Shown one piece after another: positions 46,028 through 55,380 of a stretch of DNA of 64,000 nt (within the stretch, counting starts at the first letter, position 1; each line of letters opens with the position of its first letter). The position numbers and the translations under genes are program-made. The DNA is taken from assembly GCA_025594325.1 (NCBI GenBank), contig JANHCV010000005.1, positions 1,240,001-1,304,000 of the forward strand, read 5' to 3'. Below the pieces are notes generated by a model, which worked only from the letters and a program-made list of their open reading frames with translations, was not told the origin of the DNA and searched no databases. Origin of the DNA: Blastocladiella emersonii ATCC 22665. Lineage: Eukaryota; Fungi; Blastocladiomycota.

Positions 46028-48301
46028 TCACCGTTTGCGCCGGTTTTTGGCGTGCTTGGCTAACGCTCTGCAGATCGGGGTCAGATGCGTGCTACACATG
46101 GACGGCGGGAGCTCGGCGATTGCGCGAAGGAAAAGCGGGGCGCGCCGAACCGCCTCCGCTTTGCTAGCTGGAACCGAGTTCAGGTTCGCCTGCTCCGCTT
46201 CCTGCTCAACCGTATCCGCAAGCTCAAGCGACAACGCGATAAGCGCGTCGTCGTTGTGGAGTTGCGCTTGGGAGGCAGTCGGGAAAATGTTCAGTGTCGC
46301 TAAAGCACGCTTGATGACAGTCGCAATCTGTTCCACCTTTTCAACCATTTGACAATCCGAAAGCGCATGAGAGCCGGTGACGCGCTCAAGCCAAGGAAAG
46401 TGCGTGCAATATACGCACGGACGAGCACTGGCGCGCGCAATCCGTTGCTCGGCCGCCTCCTCGGGAGGCGTCGTCAAGGGCGAGGATGCTCGCACCGCCG
46501 TACTGGAAGGCGGCTGTACCTGTGGACTCAAAACTAGAAGCGGCTCACGCAAGCGACGCGCGAGTGCAGGCGAAAGCGACGAAGTGGGAGAGCTCGAGCG
46601 CGACCAAGCGAGGCGAGATCCAGGGCGTAAGGGCCGCACCGGGGACCGCGAGCGCGAACGCGATTGTGAGCGAGAGTCATGTTCCAAACCGGCCGATGCT
46701 TCGTCATCAAGCTCGGGGCAACCGTGGTACATGAGGAAGCGGCGCGAGAGCCGCTTGTTGGGCCCGATTGCACTGACAAGCTCGTCGAGCGTAGAAGTAA
46801 AGTCATTCGCCATGGCCTCGATGTTAGGGCTGCTCGCTGCAGGAATAGTCGATAGCCCCTGTAAAAACGTGTTCTTGAACACGGGCGATTTGTTAAGCAA
46901 GCCTTGATCGCCCCGGCCCTCGAACAAAAGCCGCTGGAAAGCCGCCAAGTATACCTTGACAACGCTAAAGCTGTCCGGGTCAATCGTCTTGAGACGGTTG
47001 AGCCAGTCGGGAAGCACCGTAAGCTGCGCAAGTTCAATGAAGCGGGCCGCCGCCTCGCTATCTGGCATATCTGGGCGAAGCGCGGCCGCACAAAGCATTC
47101 GAATTTCCGGCGACATGTTGTGACGTACGGAAAGCAGGGCTTGAGCAAGCTGACCACGCGGAACAAGCACCGCGAGTCGCTGCAAGGATACGGCCGGGTC
47201 GTCGGTTACGAATCGGCTTTTCGGAGCAGGGACACGGAAGTAAGGACCGCGGGCGCCAATCAATTTAGCAAGCGAAAGTTCGAGAGAGTCGGCTGCAGAA
47301 TCGTCAAGCTGTTGGTTAGGTTGTTGCTGCTGTTGCGGTTCCTGGTGTTGTTGCTGCTGTTGCTGCTGCTGCTGTTCTTGCTGGATCGGCGGCGATGGCG
47401 GCCGAGGAAGAGTAACAGGCGACGCGGATGCCGGTACCGCGGCCGGAGAAGGCAAGGATGAGAGTTGCGCGGGCGTCGGCATCGAGAAAAGCGGAATCGC
47501 GGCAGAGACAGGCAGGGATAGCACCGGTGCGGGCGTCGTGAAGGAAAAAGGCGGTGCGACAGCTGGCGTAGGCATGATAGGCGCTGGTGCAGGCGCTGAG
47601 AGCGAGAAAATAGGTGCTACATTTGGCGCAGGCAAGGTCGGCGCTGGTGCGGGTGCTGGAATCGAGAATAACGGGGCCACAGTTGGCATGGGCAAGTTCG
47701 GCACCGGTGCGGGTGCTTGAACCGAGAATAGCGGGGCCACAGCTGGTGCATGCAAGTTCGGCAGCGGCGCGGGTGCCGAAAGCGCAAAAAGAGGTGTCAT
47801 GGTCGGCGCAGGCAAACTTGGCATTGGCATAGGTGCTCGTGGCACTAGTTGCGGTGGCGGTGGAGTCGGCGCCGGAGGTGAGGAAGAATGCGGTGACGAG
47901 TTGAGCGTGTTCGGGTGCTCCGAAACAGACCGTTGTGAGGCACCAGCTGTGCGCGCAGAAGCTTGTAGCGGTCGTTCAAGCACCGCACAAAGTTGTTCCA
48001 GCTCGTTCACGGAAGCAATAAGTCGGGTGGCGCCCGGTGCCGCAAGAGCGTTCGTCCCTGGCTGCGCCCGCCGCTGACCAAGAACGGTCGTAAAGAGGTT
48101 GGAGCGCTCTTCAAGGAGACGGCAGAACGCTCCTTGAAGCAGGTTCCGCTGGTCTTGCTCGGCGGGCGGCAGGACAAGAGTCGACTCGAAGGCGCGCATT
48201 GCCGTCGCTGCGACGGCAAGGTCGCCGCCACCCGACTGTGTCGGGTTTGTTGCGCTAGTCCCGTTGCCTGGAGTCATTGATCCAAGTAAAGAGTTATTCA
48301 T
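46028..48301 (-). CDS. Gag-like array copy E (about 757 aa, with Pro-rich 20-aa repeat insertion and polyQ)
   Basis: Intact ORF. LNRLKTIDPDSFSVVKVYLAAFQRLL...TFLQGL; knuckle CVYCTHFPWLERVTGSHALSDC. Confidence 0.8.
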   Translation of the reverse strand: MNNSLLGSMTPGNGTSATNPTQSGGGDLAVAATAMRAFESTLVLPPAEQDQRNLLQGAFCRLLEERSNLFTTVLGQRRAQPGTNALAAPGATRLIASVNELEQLCAVLERPLQASARTAGASQRSVSEHPNTLNSSPHSSSPPAPTPPPPQLVPRAPMPMPSLPAPTMTPLFALSAPAPLPNLHAPAVAPLFSVQAPAPVPNLPMPTVAPLFSIPAPAPAPTLPAPNVAPIFSLSAPAPAPIMPTPAVAPPFSFTTPAPVLSLPVSAAIPLFSMPTPAQLSSLPSPAAVPASASPVTLPRPPSPPIQQEQQQQQQQQQHQEPQQQQQPNQQLDDSAADSLELSLAKLIGARGPYFRVPAPKSRFVTDDPAVSLQRLAVLVPRGQLAQALLSVRHNMSPEIRMLCAAALRPDMPDSEAAARFIELAQLTVLPDWLNRLKTIDPDSFSVVKVYLAAFQRLLFEGRGDQGLLNKSPVFKNTFLQGLSTIPAASSPNIEAMANDFTSTLDELVSAIGPNKRLSRRFLMYHGCPELDDEASAGLEHDSRSQSRSRSRSPVRPLRPGSRLAWSRSSSPTSSLSPALARRLREPLLVLSPQVQPPSSTAVRASSPLTTPPEEAAEQRIARASARPCVYCTHFPWLERVTGSHALSDCQMVEKVEQIATVIKRALATLNIFPTASQAQLHNDDALIALSLELADTVEQEAEQANLNSVPASKAEAVRRAPLFLRAIAELPPSMCSTHLTPICRALAKHAKNRRKR

Positions 48302-48524
48302 TGGTTTCTCGCATGGTCTTCGGGGAGCGGCAGCTGGGGCGCCGAGCGAGCCGCATATTTGCTCGCGTGCGGCGGTTTCAGGAGACCTCCTCACGTTATT
48401 CCTCGACGCGTCTCGCGGTGTCTCCCCACTCGCGCAACGGGCGGACATGCCCGATAAGTGGCACATGAGGGACATGGTGTTTGAGGTACAAGGTGCTAGT
48501 TTATTCTTCTCACTCATTCTCAAC

Positions 48525-49157
48525 TTAGTGCTTGTGGTAGCGCTCGGACGCGAGGTACGCCTTGACCTTGTCGTTCTGGGCGACGGCGTCACGGACTTTG
48601 ATGAGCGCGGGCGCGTTCTCGGCCGTGATGGCGCCGGGCATGGCGACGTTGACGGCACCGATCTGCGCAAACAGGGCGAGCTCGAGGTACGTCAACTTGC
48701 CAGCAAAGTAGAACCCGTTCTCGCCGTTGGCCTTGAGGAACTTGGTGTGCGCGGCGACAAACGCGGGCAGCGTCGTGGCCAGGAACTCGGCCTTGGCGGC
48801 ACCCTTCTGCTCCTCGGGCGTCTTGTACACGATCTTGACGACGGCGTTCTGCAGGTCAACGATCGACTCGTAGTAGCCGTCAGCGAGCAGGCGCTGGTGC
48901 TCGTCGGCGTGGACCAGGTCGAACTTGGCGGCGAGGTGGCGCACGATGGCCGAGGTCTGCGCAACCAGCTGGTCGGCGTGCGTGTTGTCGTCGTGCACGA
49001 TCAGGGCGGGGAGCTGACCGAACGGCAGGTTCGGCTTCTCGGCGGGCCAGTTGGTCGGGTACTTGTTGGCGTAGGTGACGCCGGCGGCCTCAAACACGAG
49101 GCGGATGAGCTCGGCGCGGCCGCGGATCGGGAAGTAATAGACGGTGTAGGAGACCAT
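48525..49157 (-). CDS. GST: Glutathione S-transferase (sigma/alpha-like N-terminus)
   Basis: YTVYYFPIRGRAELIRLVFEAAGV, LPFGQLPAL, QTSAIVRHLAAKFDL and GKLTYLELALF. Confidence 0.93.
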   Translation of the reverse strand: MVSYTVYYFPIRGRAELIRLVFEAAGVTYANKYPTNWPAEKPNLPFGQLPALIVHDDNTHADQLVAQTSAIVRHLAAKFDLVHADEHQRLLADGYYESIVDLQNAVVKIVYKTPEEQKGAAKAEFLATTLPAFVAAHTKFLKANGENGFYFAGKLTYLELALFAQIGAVNVAMPGAITAENAPALIKVRDAVAQNDKVKAYLASERYHKH

Positions 49158-49668
49158 GTTGCTGAGGAGGTTTGGTGCTTGGGTGTGCTGCTGGGTGGAC
49201 GAGCTGATAGAGATTCAGTCAGTCCGATGCGCGGGAACGCCGCGGCTTTATAGCGCCGCGCGCGTGGTGCGTCCGAACTGCGAGCGACTGTGGTCCGGTG
49301 AAGAACGGCTGACGCAGCAGGCATGGGCGCACCGCGGAAAATAGTTGCACCGGAGGCGGCGGCTGGTGGCTATTTCGAGCGAGCTTGGGCGTCAGCGTCA
49401 GCGGGTGGCGCAGCAGCTCACGTCAGCAACGAACGCCCTGAACGAGAGCGGTGCACCCATTTTTGCCGCCCAACTCGAGAGGCGCGTCGCGTAAGCGGGG
49501 CTCTTGCGCCGCTGGAACGGCCATTCAGCCCGCTTGCAACTGATGCTGTCATGGAGAGCGAACGAGGCGAGCGAACATTTCGCACTTTGAGGAAAACTTT
49601 CACGAAGGGGATGTATCAGGGAACAGACCAACAAGCCGAGAACAACCAGTTGATCGCGGGAGAGATGC

Positions 49669-50490
49669 TCAGTCTACGATCGCGCCGTCAGCGCGAGCCC
49701 GGGCCCTGGCCGCGTCGAAACTGGCCACGAGCTGGTCGCCGGCGGGGCAGGAGCAGCGCGCCGCCAGTGCTTGGCGGCTGTGCGTGCGGAACCACGACAT
49801 GGGCGCGTAGTTGACGGCCTCGGAGCAGTGTCGAGACAGGCGTAGTACGCGCCGGGGAAGACAACCTAGACAGGGTGACGCATGTATCAGAGGAGGACGA
49901 GATCATGGAGAGGAGCGACGCGAGATGTACGAACCACATAATCGCCCGCGTTCTGCACGATGCAGTGCACGTTGACGCCGGCGCCCTTGAGCTTGAACGG
50001 GTTGAGGAACAACGGTTTGCGTCGCAACGGGTTGTCGCACTGCTGCTCCTCGTCTGTGAGCTCGACCCACTCGCGCGCGAGCTGCTCCACGCGAGCCGCG
50101 TCCATCAGGTGCACGATTACCAGATCTTGGGCGCGCCAAAGAACAAGTAGCTGATGATAAAAAGGTGGTAGTCCTCGACGTGCCACGGGAGGATCGTGCG
50201 CCACGAGCCAAAGAAGATGTGGGACGAGCACGCAGCCGCGACGTGCTGGTCAAAGTACATGATCGCATTGCCGCCCAGCGCGCGCATGTTCCAAGTATCG
50301 CTTGAGCTGGCGCTGTCTTCGTGGGGCGAACCGACGTAGAGGGTGGAGAGCGGCAAGTTATGGTCATACCGCTTGTAGTATTTGTCGGTAGTCTGATAAA
50401 TGGCGTGTTTGAAGAGGAGCTTGACAAGCGCGACTGCATCGCGCAGCCCCAGCTTGTAGGTGGCTGCGTCAATAAGATCGCGGTGCGAGG
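49669..50490 (-). pseudogene. KDM4/JMJD2-like JmjC histone demethylase fragment, frameshifted
   Basis: DTWNMRAL, HIFFGSWRTILPWHVEDYHLFIISYLFFGAPKIW, frameshift, CDNPLRRKPLFLNPFKLKGAGV, QNAGDYV, intron, VVFPGAYYA, frameshift, EAVNYAPMSW...CSC. Confidence 0.78.
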
Positions 50491-50503
50491 ATCCATGGTA
50501 AAG

Positions 50504-52573
50504 TTATATTTCTCGCTTCGTCCTCGCATCCGCAAGCCCCGCGATCATCGTCCAGATCGGCACCAGTCGGCTCTTGTTCATGGCTCTGGGAAAGTCCGCG
50601 ATGGCGCGCAAGTACCACGGCGCGCGCCGAAGCCCCTCGTCCATATCGTTTGGCGCCTTGGCACGCGTGCCCTTGGCGACCACCTTTTCCATGGTTTCGG
50701 CGCACCGAAGCGATAGGCTCACGAGCTCGTCGTAATTGGTGCTCCTCATCGCGGCCTGCGGCGGGAACACCTCGGCCATGGCCAGCGCGTGCTCGATGGA
50801 CCCAGCGATGCGCTCGATGCCGCTCGCGGGCGGGCACTTGATGAGGGCGTGTTTGGGTGCGTTGTGCGCGAGCGGCGGGAAGCGTACGCAGTAGACGCAT
50901 GGCCGAGCCTGTGCGCGTGCCGATTTAGGGTCGTGGTCCAAGTCGCGCAAACGCGGTCGCGACCTTGAACGAGAGCGAGAGCGAGAATGCGACGCGCGTC
51001 GGCAGCTTCGACCACGGTTTCGCGAGCGCGACCTTGAACGAGATCTTGATCGAGGTTTCGTGCGAGAGCGAGACCGAGACCGATAGCGTGTTCGAGTTTT
51101 TCCGCGGTCGCGGCTCTCACTCGAGCTCTTGCCTTGGTCCGGGCGATAGCTACCGGCGTTAAATAGGTTTGGCGAGCGAAACCACGTCGCTGATTGTACC
51201 CGGTCCGCCGCGTACGGCGTGCGCTCGAGTGACCAGGATTTTGGAAAGTGACGGAGTAGGTCAACAAGCGCGATGCTTGGATTTTGAATGAGAGGTGTCA
51301 CGTTCACGTCGCGCGAGCGGAAGGCAAGTAAAAGCCTGTCGCAGAAAAAGGCCTTGACATCGGAAGCGCGTAATAGCGCGTCGCTGTACCCGGGGCACCC
51401 GCGAAGAAGACGCTCAAATTTGGAGAGAAAGTGTTTTGCCCTGGGAAACAGCAGTGGGTTAGAATCCTCGAGGGCCGTCAGCCATGGTGGACGAGGACCT
51501 GCCTTGCGATCAGCTGAAGCGATAGCGAGGAAGGTCGCGGTCGCATCCTTGTCAGACATTTCGGGTGACAGCTGAGCAATGCAAGGAAACCGGATTCTAC
51601 GTGGTAGCTCGCAGCGATGTGAAAGCAAGGACTGGGCAAGGGAACCGGGTGGAACCGAAGCTCGAAGCCGATTGAGAAGTTCATGCGCATCGTCGGTTGA
51701 GTATTGATCCGTGGTCCCCGTCAGCCGGAAGTGAAGTACACGTTTGTCCATGGGCACTTGGCTGGTCGAGTGTTTGTCGGTCGCAGCAGCAGGTGGCGGG
51801 GCAATTTTTGGTCGCGGCGGCAAGGAAGGCAAGCCGTATGCGTAGTTTTTCGGCCAGAACGAAGGGAGATGGTGCAGAAGCTTCTTCAGTGAAACTCTTG
51901 GGTCGTGTATCTTGCCGACAATCAGAGACAGTTGCGGCGCAGTGAGGAACGTAAACTGATCAACGAAATACCGCTTGACGTTGACCGAGCACATGAGGGC
52001 TTCGCTGCTTGCTGAAGACTGACGAACTTGACGTTCAAACTCGGCAAAGTAGTGCATGACCCGCGCGAACTGAGAGGGGTGTAAATCTTTCACGGCCGCC
52101 ATCCACGGAGGCTGTGAATCTGGACCGTTACGGGACGAAGCATCGGGATGACGAGGCGGGGCATTCGGGTGGCTGGACTGCGGTGACGGCGGCAATGAAG
52201 GTGAAGTATCGGGCGATGGTGGTCGAGCATCTGGATTTTGAGCTCTGGAAGTGACCATGGCAAGCGACTCTTCAAGTTGCACGAGCGAGGATTCGAGCGT
52301 CTGGCGCCGTTGGTCAAAGTTTGCAAGAAACGCGAGCGAATCCGCATCGCTACTGTTTGCCGCGATCCGCTGCCGAAGTACAAGGTGGATGAGCTCCAGT
52401 CGATGTTCCATCATCTTTCGAAGCGTTTCGTAGAGATCTGTTTGCTGACAAGCCTCTCCCACAGGCTCCTCTGGGCCACACTGTGCTGCCGCGGCAAGAA
52501 TTGCGTCAGCGGTAGCTTTTAGTTCATTTGTTTCATTGCACAAAGTCGCTGCTTCATTTTGAGAGTGTTCCAT
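50504..52573 (-). CDS. Gag-like array copy F (about 689 aa; core domain appears partly duplicated)
   Basis: Intact ORF. Two related core segments (PPWMAAVKDLHPSQFARVMHYFAEFERQV and PPWLTALEDSNPLLFPRAKHFLSKFERLL); knuckle CVYCVRFPPLAHNAPKHALIKC. Confidence 0.8.
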   Translation of the reverse strand: MEHSQNEAATLCNETNELKATADAILAAAAQCGPEEPVGEACQQTDLYETLRKMMEHRLELIHLVLRQRIAANSSDADSLAFLANFDQRRQTLESSLVQLEESLAMVTSRAQNPDARPPSPDTSPSLPPSPQSSHPNAPPRHPDASSRNGPDSQPPWMAAVKDLHPSQFARVMHYFAEFERQVRQSSASSEALMCSVNVKRYFVDQFTFLTAPQLSLIVGKIHDPRVSLKKLLHHLPSFWPKNYAYGLPSLPPRPKIAPPPAAATDKHSTSQVPMDKRVLHFRLTGTTDQYSTDDAHELLNRLRASVPPGSLAQSLLSHRCELPRRIRFPCIAQLSPEMSDKDATATFLAIASADRKAGPRPPWLTALEDSNPLLFPRAKHFLSKFERLLRGCPGYSDALLRASDVKAFFCDRLLLAFRSRDVNVTPLIQNPSIALVDLLRHFPKSWSLERTPYAADRVQSATWFRSPNLFNAGSYRPDQGKSSSESRDRGKTRTRYRSRSRSRTKPRSRSRSRSRSRNRGRSCRRASHSRSRSRSRSRPRLRDLDHDPKSARAQARPCVYCVRFPPLAHNAPKHALIKCPPASGIERIAGSIEHALAMAEVFPPQAAMRSTNYDELVSLSLRCAETMEKVVAKGTRAKAPNDMDEGLRRAPWYLRAIADFPRAMNKSRLVPIWTMIAGLADARTKREI

Positions 52574-52739
52574 GGTGGTGGCGGTGGGAAGCGCGCGGAG
52601 CGCGTCGTTCGCCACTCGAGGCGCCACAGCGGGGATGGTCACATGATTGATCGACGCGTCTCTCCTCCTCTCGGCTCCTTGTTGCAGTCACGTGGGCCGA
52701 ACGCAGCCGCAAGCTGCTTCATGGCGGCACAACAAGATG

Positions 52740-53620
52740 CTAATAGAACTCATATATGTTATACCCGTGATCGATCCAACATTGCTTCACTTCGGTCCAG
52801 CGGGACTCAAACGCCGTTTTTGTGTACTTCATTGGAAGGCCGGACTCGAGCCAGAGTTTGACCACTGCAACGTGTCCATTATAGCTAGACAAGTCAAGTG
52901 CCCACGTTGAAAATTTAAGTTGCAGCTTGCTTGCAAACCACCACTTGACCACGACTTCGTGCCCATTTGCGCTCGCGTCGTCGAGGGCCTTGCTTGTAAA
53001 GAAAACTAGTTCACCAAACCGATGAAACCACCAGTTGATCACGTCGAGATGTCCGTCCCGGCTGGCAGCTTCCACGTCCGCCGGACGATAGAACAGTCTT
53101 GGCTGCTCGCTGTTCGTGCGCCACAACATTTCCCGACACCGCTCTCGTAACAAGTTGATGTCAACAGTGTTTTCGTCGTCGAAACAGCTAGGAAACTCGA
53201 CCCGAAGCCAGCGTTCGAGCACGTACACGCCATGTCGTAGCGAGGCAAACCCAAGGCTGGGTGGCGGAAAAAGTAGTCGAGTACTTTGACGCACCCAGCC
53301 TTGCACATGAACGCCAAAAGGTTGTACGTCGTGGACCAGCCGATGTCGAGCTCGCCTTTAAGATCGAAGTACTGCTGGTAGATCACGAGTCGATCCACCC
53401 GATCGTCATAAAGGACGTGGATAAGCGACATGTTCGGAGCGACGTGGAACAGCAGTTGGCGGAGCCGGGTCAGTCCAAAGGTGACAGCCGCGCACACACT
53501 GACGCGCCTGCACCATGAAGATCCGTCTGTACGTGTATCGAGGCAGGGAGCGGCGGCGCGAAGTGATTGCTCAACAAAACACAGACGGTTGCTGAGAGCG
53601 CAGAGTATTGAGTCGTGTTC
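52740..53620 (-). pseudogene. Degenerate ankyrin-like repeat protein (AS-x-x-GH...WW type), frame break near 53250
   Basis: AASRDGHLDVINWW, DDASANGHEVVVKWW, DLSSYNGHVAVVKLWLESGLPMKYT and MCKAGCVKVLDYF. The two halves are in different frames. Confidence 0.6.
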
Positions 53621-53645
53621 ATTCAAATAGTCCTCACCCTTTTGC

Positions 53646-55134
53646 TTACACTTCCACTGTGGCGGCAGGCCGGTGAACAGGCACCGCGACGACGAGATCG
53701 TCCCGCTCCCAGATGAACTTGCGGATCGACGTGACTTCGTCACGGGCATCCTCACACTTGACCCAGCACGCGCGGCGGGCGTCTTCGAGCTTTTCGGCCT
53801 CGTGCAGGAGCTTGACCAGGTCTTCTGCGACGGTCGAGTTGAGGTCGTAGGCGTCTGCTTGGTCGCGGTTGGCCCCGCCGCGCTCGTACACGTGCACCTT
53901 ACTCCTGCGCGTGGGCTGCTCGAGGTGCGAGTTGTTCTTGACAAGCTCCTTGATCGCGTTGCGGATCACGTCCATCTTGTCGTTCCACACGGCCTGACGC
54001 GCGCGGCCGCTGCGCGCGGTCTCCCACAAATCCTTGGCCTTGACGAGCGCCGTAGCGAACGAGTGTAGCGAGTCCTGCGCGGCCTTGTCGTGGCCAGACA
54101 CGACGTGGATGAAGAGCGAACGACGGCCGCCGTTCTCGGCGAACACGGCATGCTCGAGGAAGATGCGGCGGAGAAACTCGGCGTGGCCTGCGCGCAGGGT
54201 TCCCGAGTTGCGCTGCGGGATCAGGACGACTCGAACAGAGCGGTTGTAGTCGGTAGCTGCATCAGGCGTTCTGCCCCGGAAGCTGAGCACGAGGTTGACC
54301 ACGAGGCACTCCATGTTCTGCACGGTCACGTTGGACATGTCGGCGAGGTTCTTGGCGTACGTCTTGAGGATGGCCTTGAGCGCGCGGCCGCCTTTGGTGA
54401 ACTGCTCGATATCGACAAGCGACATGTTGACCGAACGCAGGTGCGGGGTGGTAACGTCGGGCGGCGGGCGTGCAATCTGGTGCGTCCTGTCGTCCTTGAG
54501 GGAGATCAGGCTGCGGCCGCGTTGGGGGTGATCGACCGAGACGGCAGCGCAAAGATTTCCGGTCACGCAGGTAGTGGCCGTCGTGCTGTCGCGCACCACG
54601 TCGGCGACCGTGTTGATCACCTCGTCCATGACGAGCCGCGACACCGAGATCTCGTCGTCCTTGTCGTCCTCGTCGTCCGTATCGAATGTGTCAAAGGTTT
54701 TGCTATAGCGACCGTGGCGCGTAAGTGAGACCGCTTCTCTCTTACGTGAGGCGCGAACATGTCCACGTACAGGATGGCCTTTGGCGTTAGGCCGTCGATG
54801 ATGATATCCACAGACTGCGGCTCTTGTCCCAGTACCTAGAGATGTTCGGTGAGTCGGAAGAGGTTCGAATGGTGGGTGAGCAGTTGAACCAGGTTGCGCC
54901 GCGGGACGAGGGTCAGCTCGCATGCGGGCGATGAAAGAGGCGTACCATCTCGAGATCCCGGTGAATCGTCTCCTTGGACTGGCCGAAGTCGCCCACGCTC
55001 GCGCATTGACCAAATCCACGAGCCGTCGTCTGCGCGTCGATGACCACGCAGCCGTCTTCGCGAACACGCGGGAAAGTCCCGTTGCCCGTAGGGAGCTCGG
55101 GGCCCTCGCCGCTACACGAGACGCCGCGGAGCAT
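53646..55134 (-). CDS. Hypothetical protein, three exons (introns ~54838-54945 and ~54705-54773)
   Basis: GTACGC...CTAG and GTACGT...ATAG introns join MLRGV...HRDLEM|VLGQEP...KAIL|KTFDTFDTDDED into the long ORF. No family recognised. Confidence 0.55.
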
Positions 55135-55380
55135 TAGTCATCAAGTCGGGCTGACCTGATGGAGCAAAGCTGACGTACGTGAAGTAGATCCACGCGCGTG
55201 CGCCGTCCGTAGGGCAAACGTCAAGTGTTGTCATGGTTTTTCATGCGATGTTCGTGGTGCGACCAAGCGGGGGGCGCGACGGGGGCAGAGCTCGCAGTTT
55301 TATACCGCGGCAGGGGGACGAGGCGGGGCGCGGGACGAGTGTGCTCGCGCCAAAGCGACGACGGATCTCGGCTCTCCCAG

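Noticed and set aside
38285-52573. Intact LTR retrotransposons or LINE ORF1+ORF2 elements
   Set aside because: No aspartic protease D[ST]G, RT YxDD, integrase or endonuclease ORF follows any Gag-like copy, and no LTR pairs, PBS or PPT were recognised.
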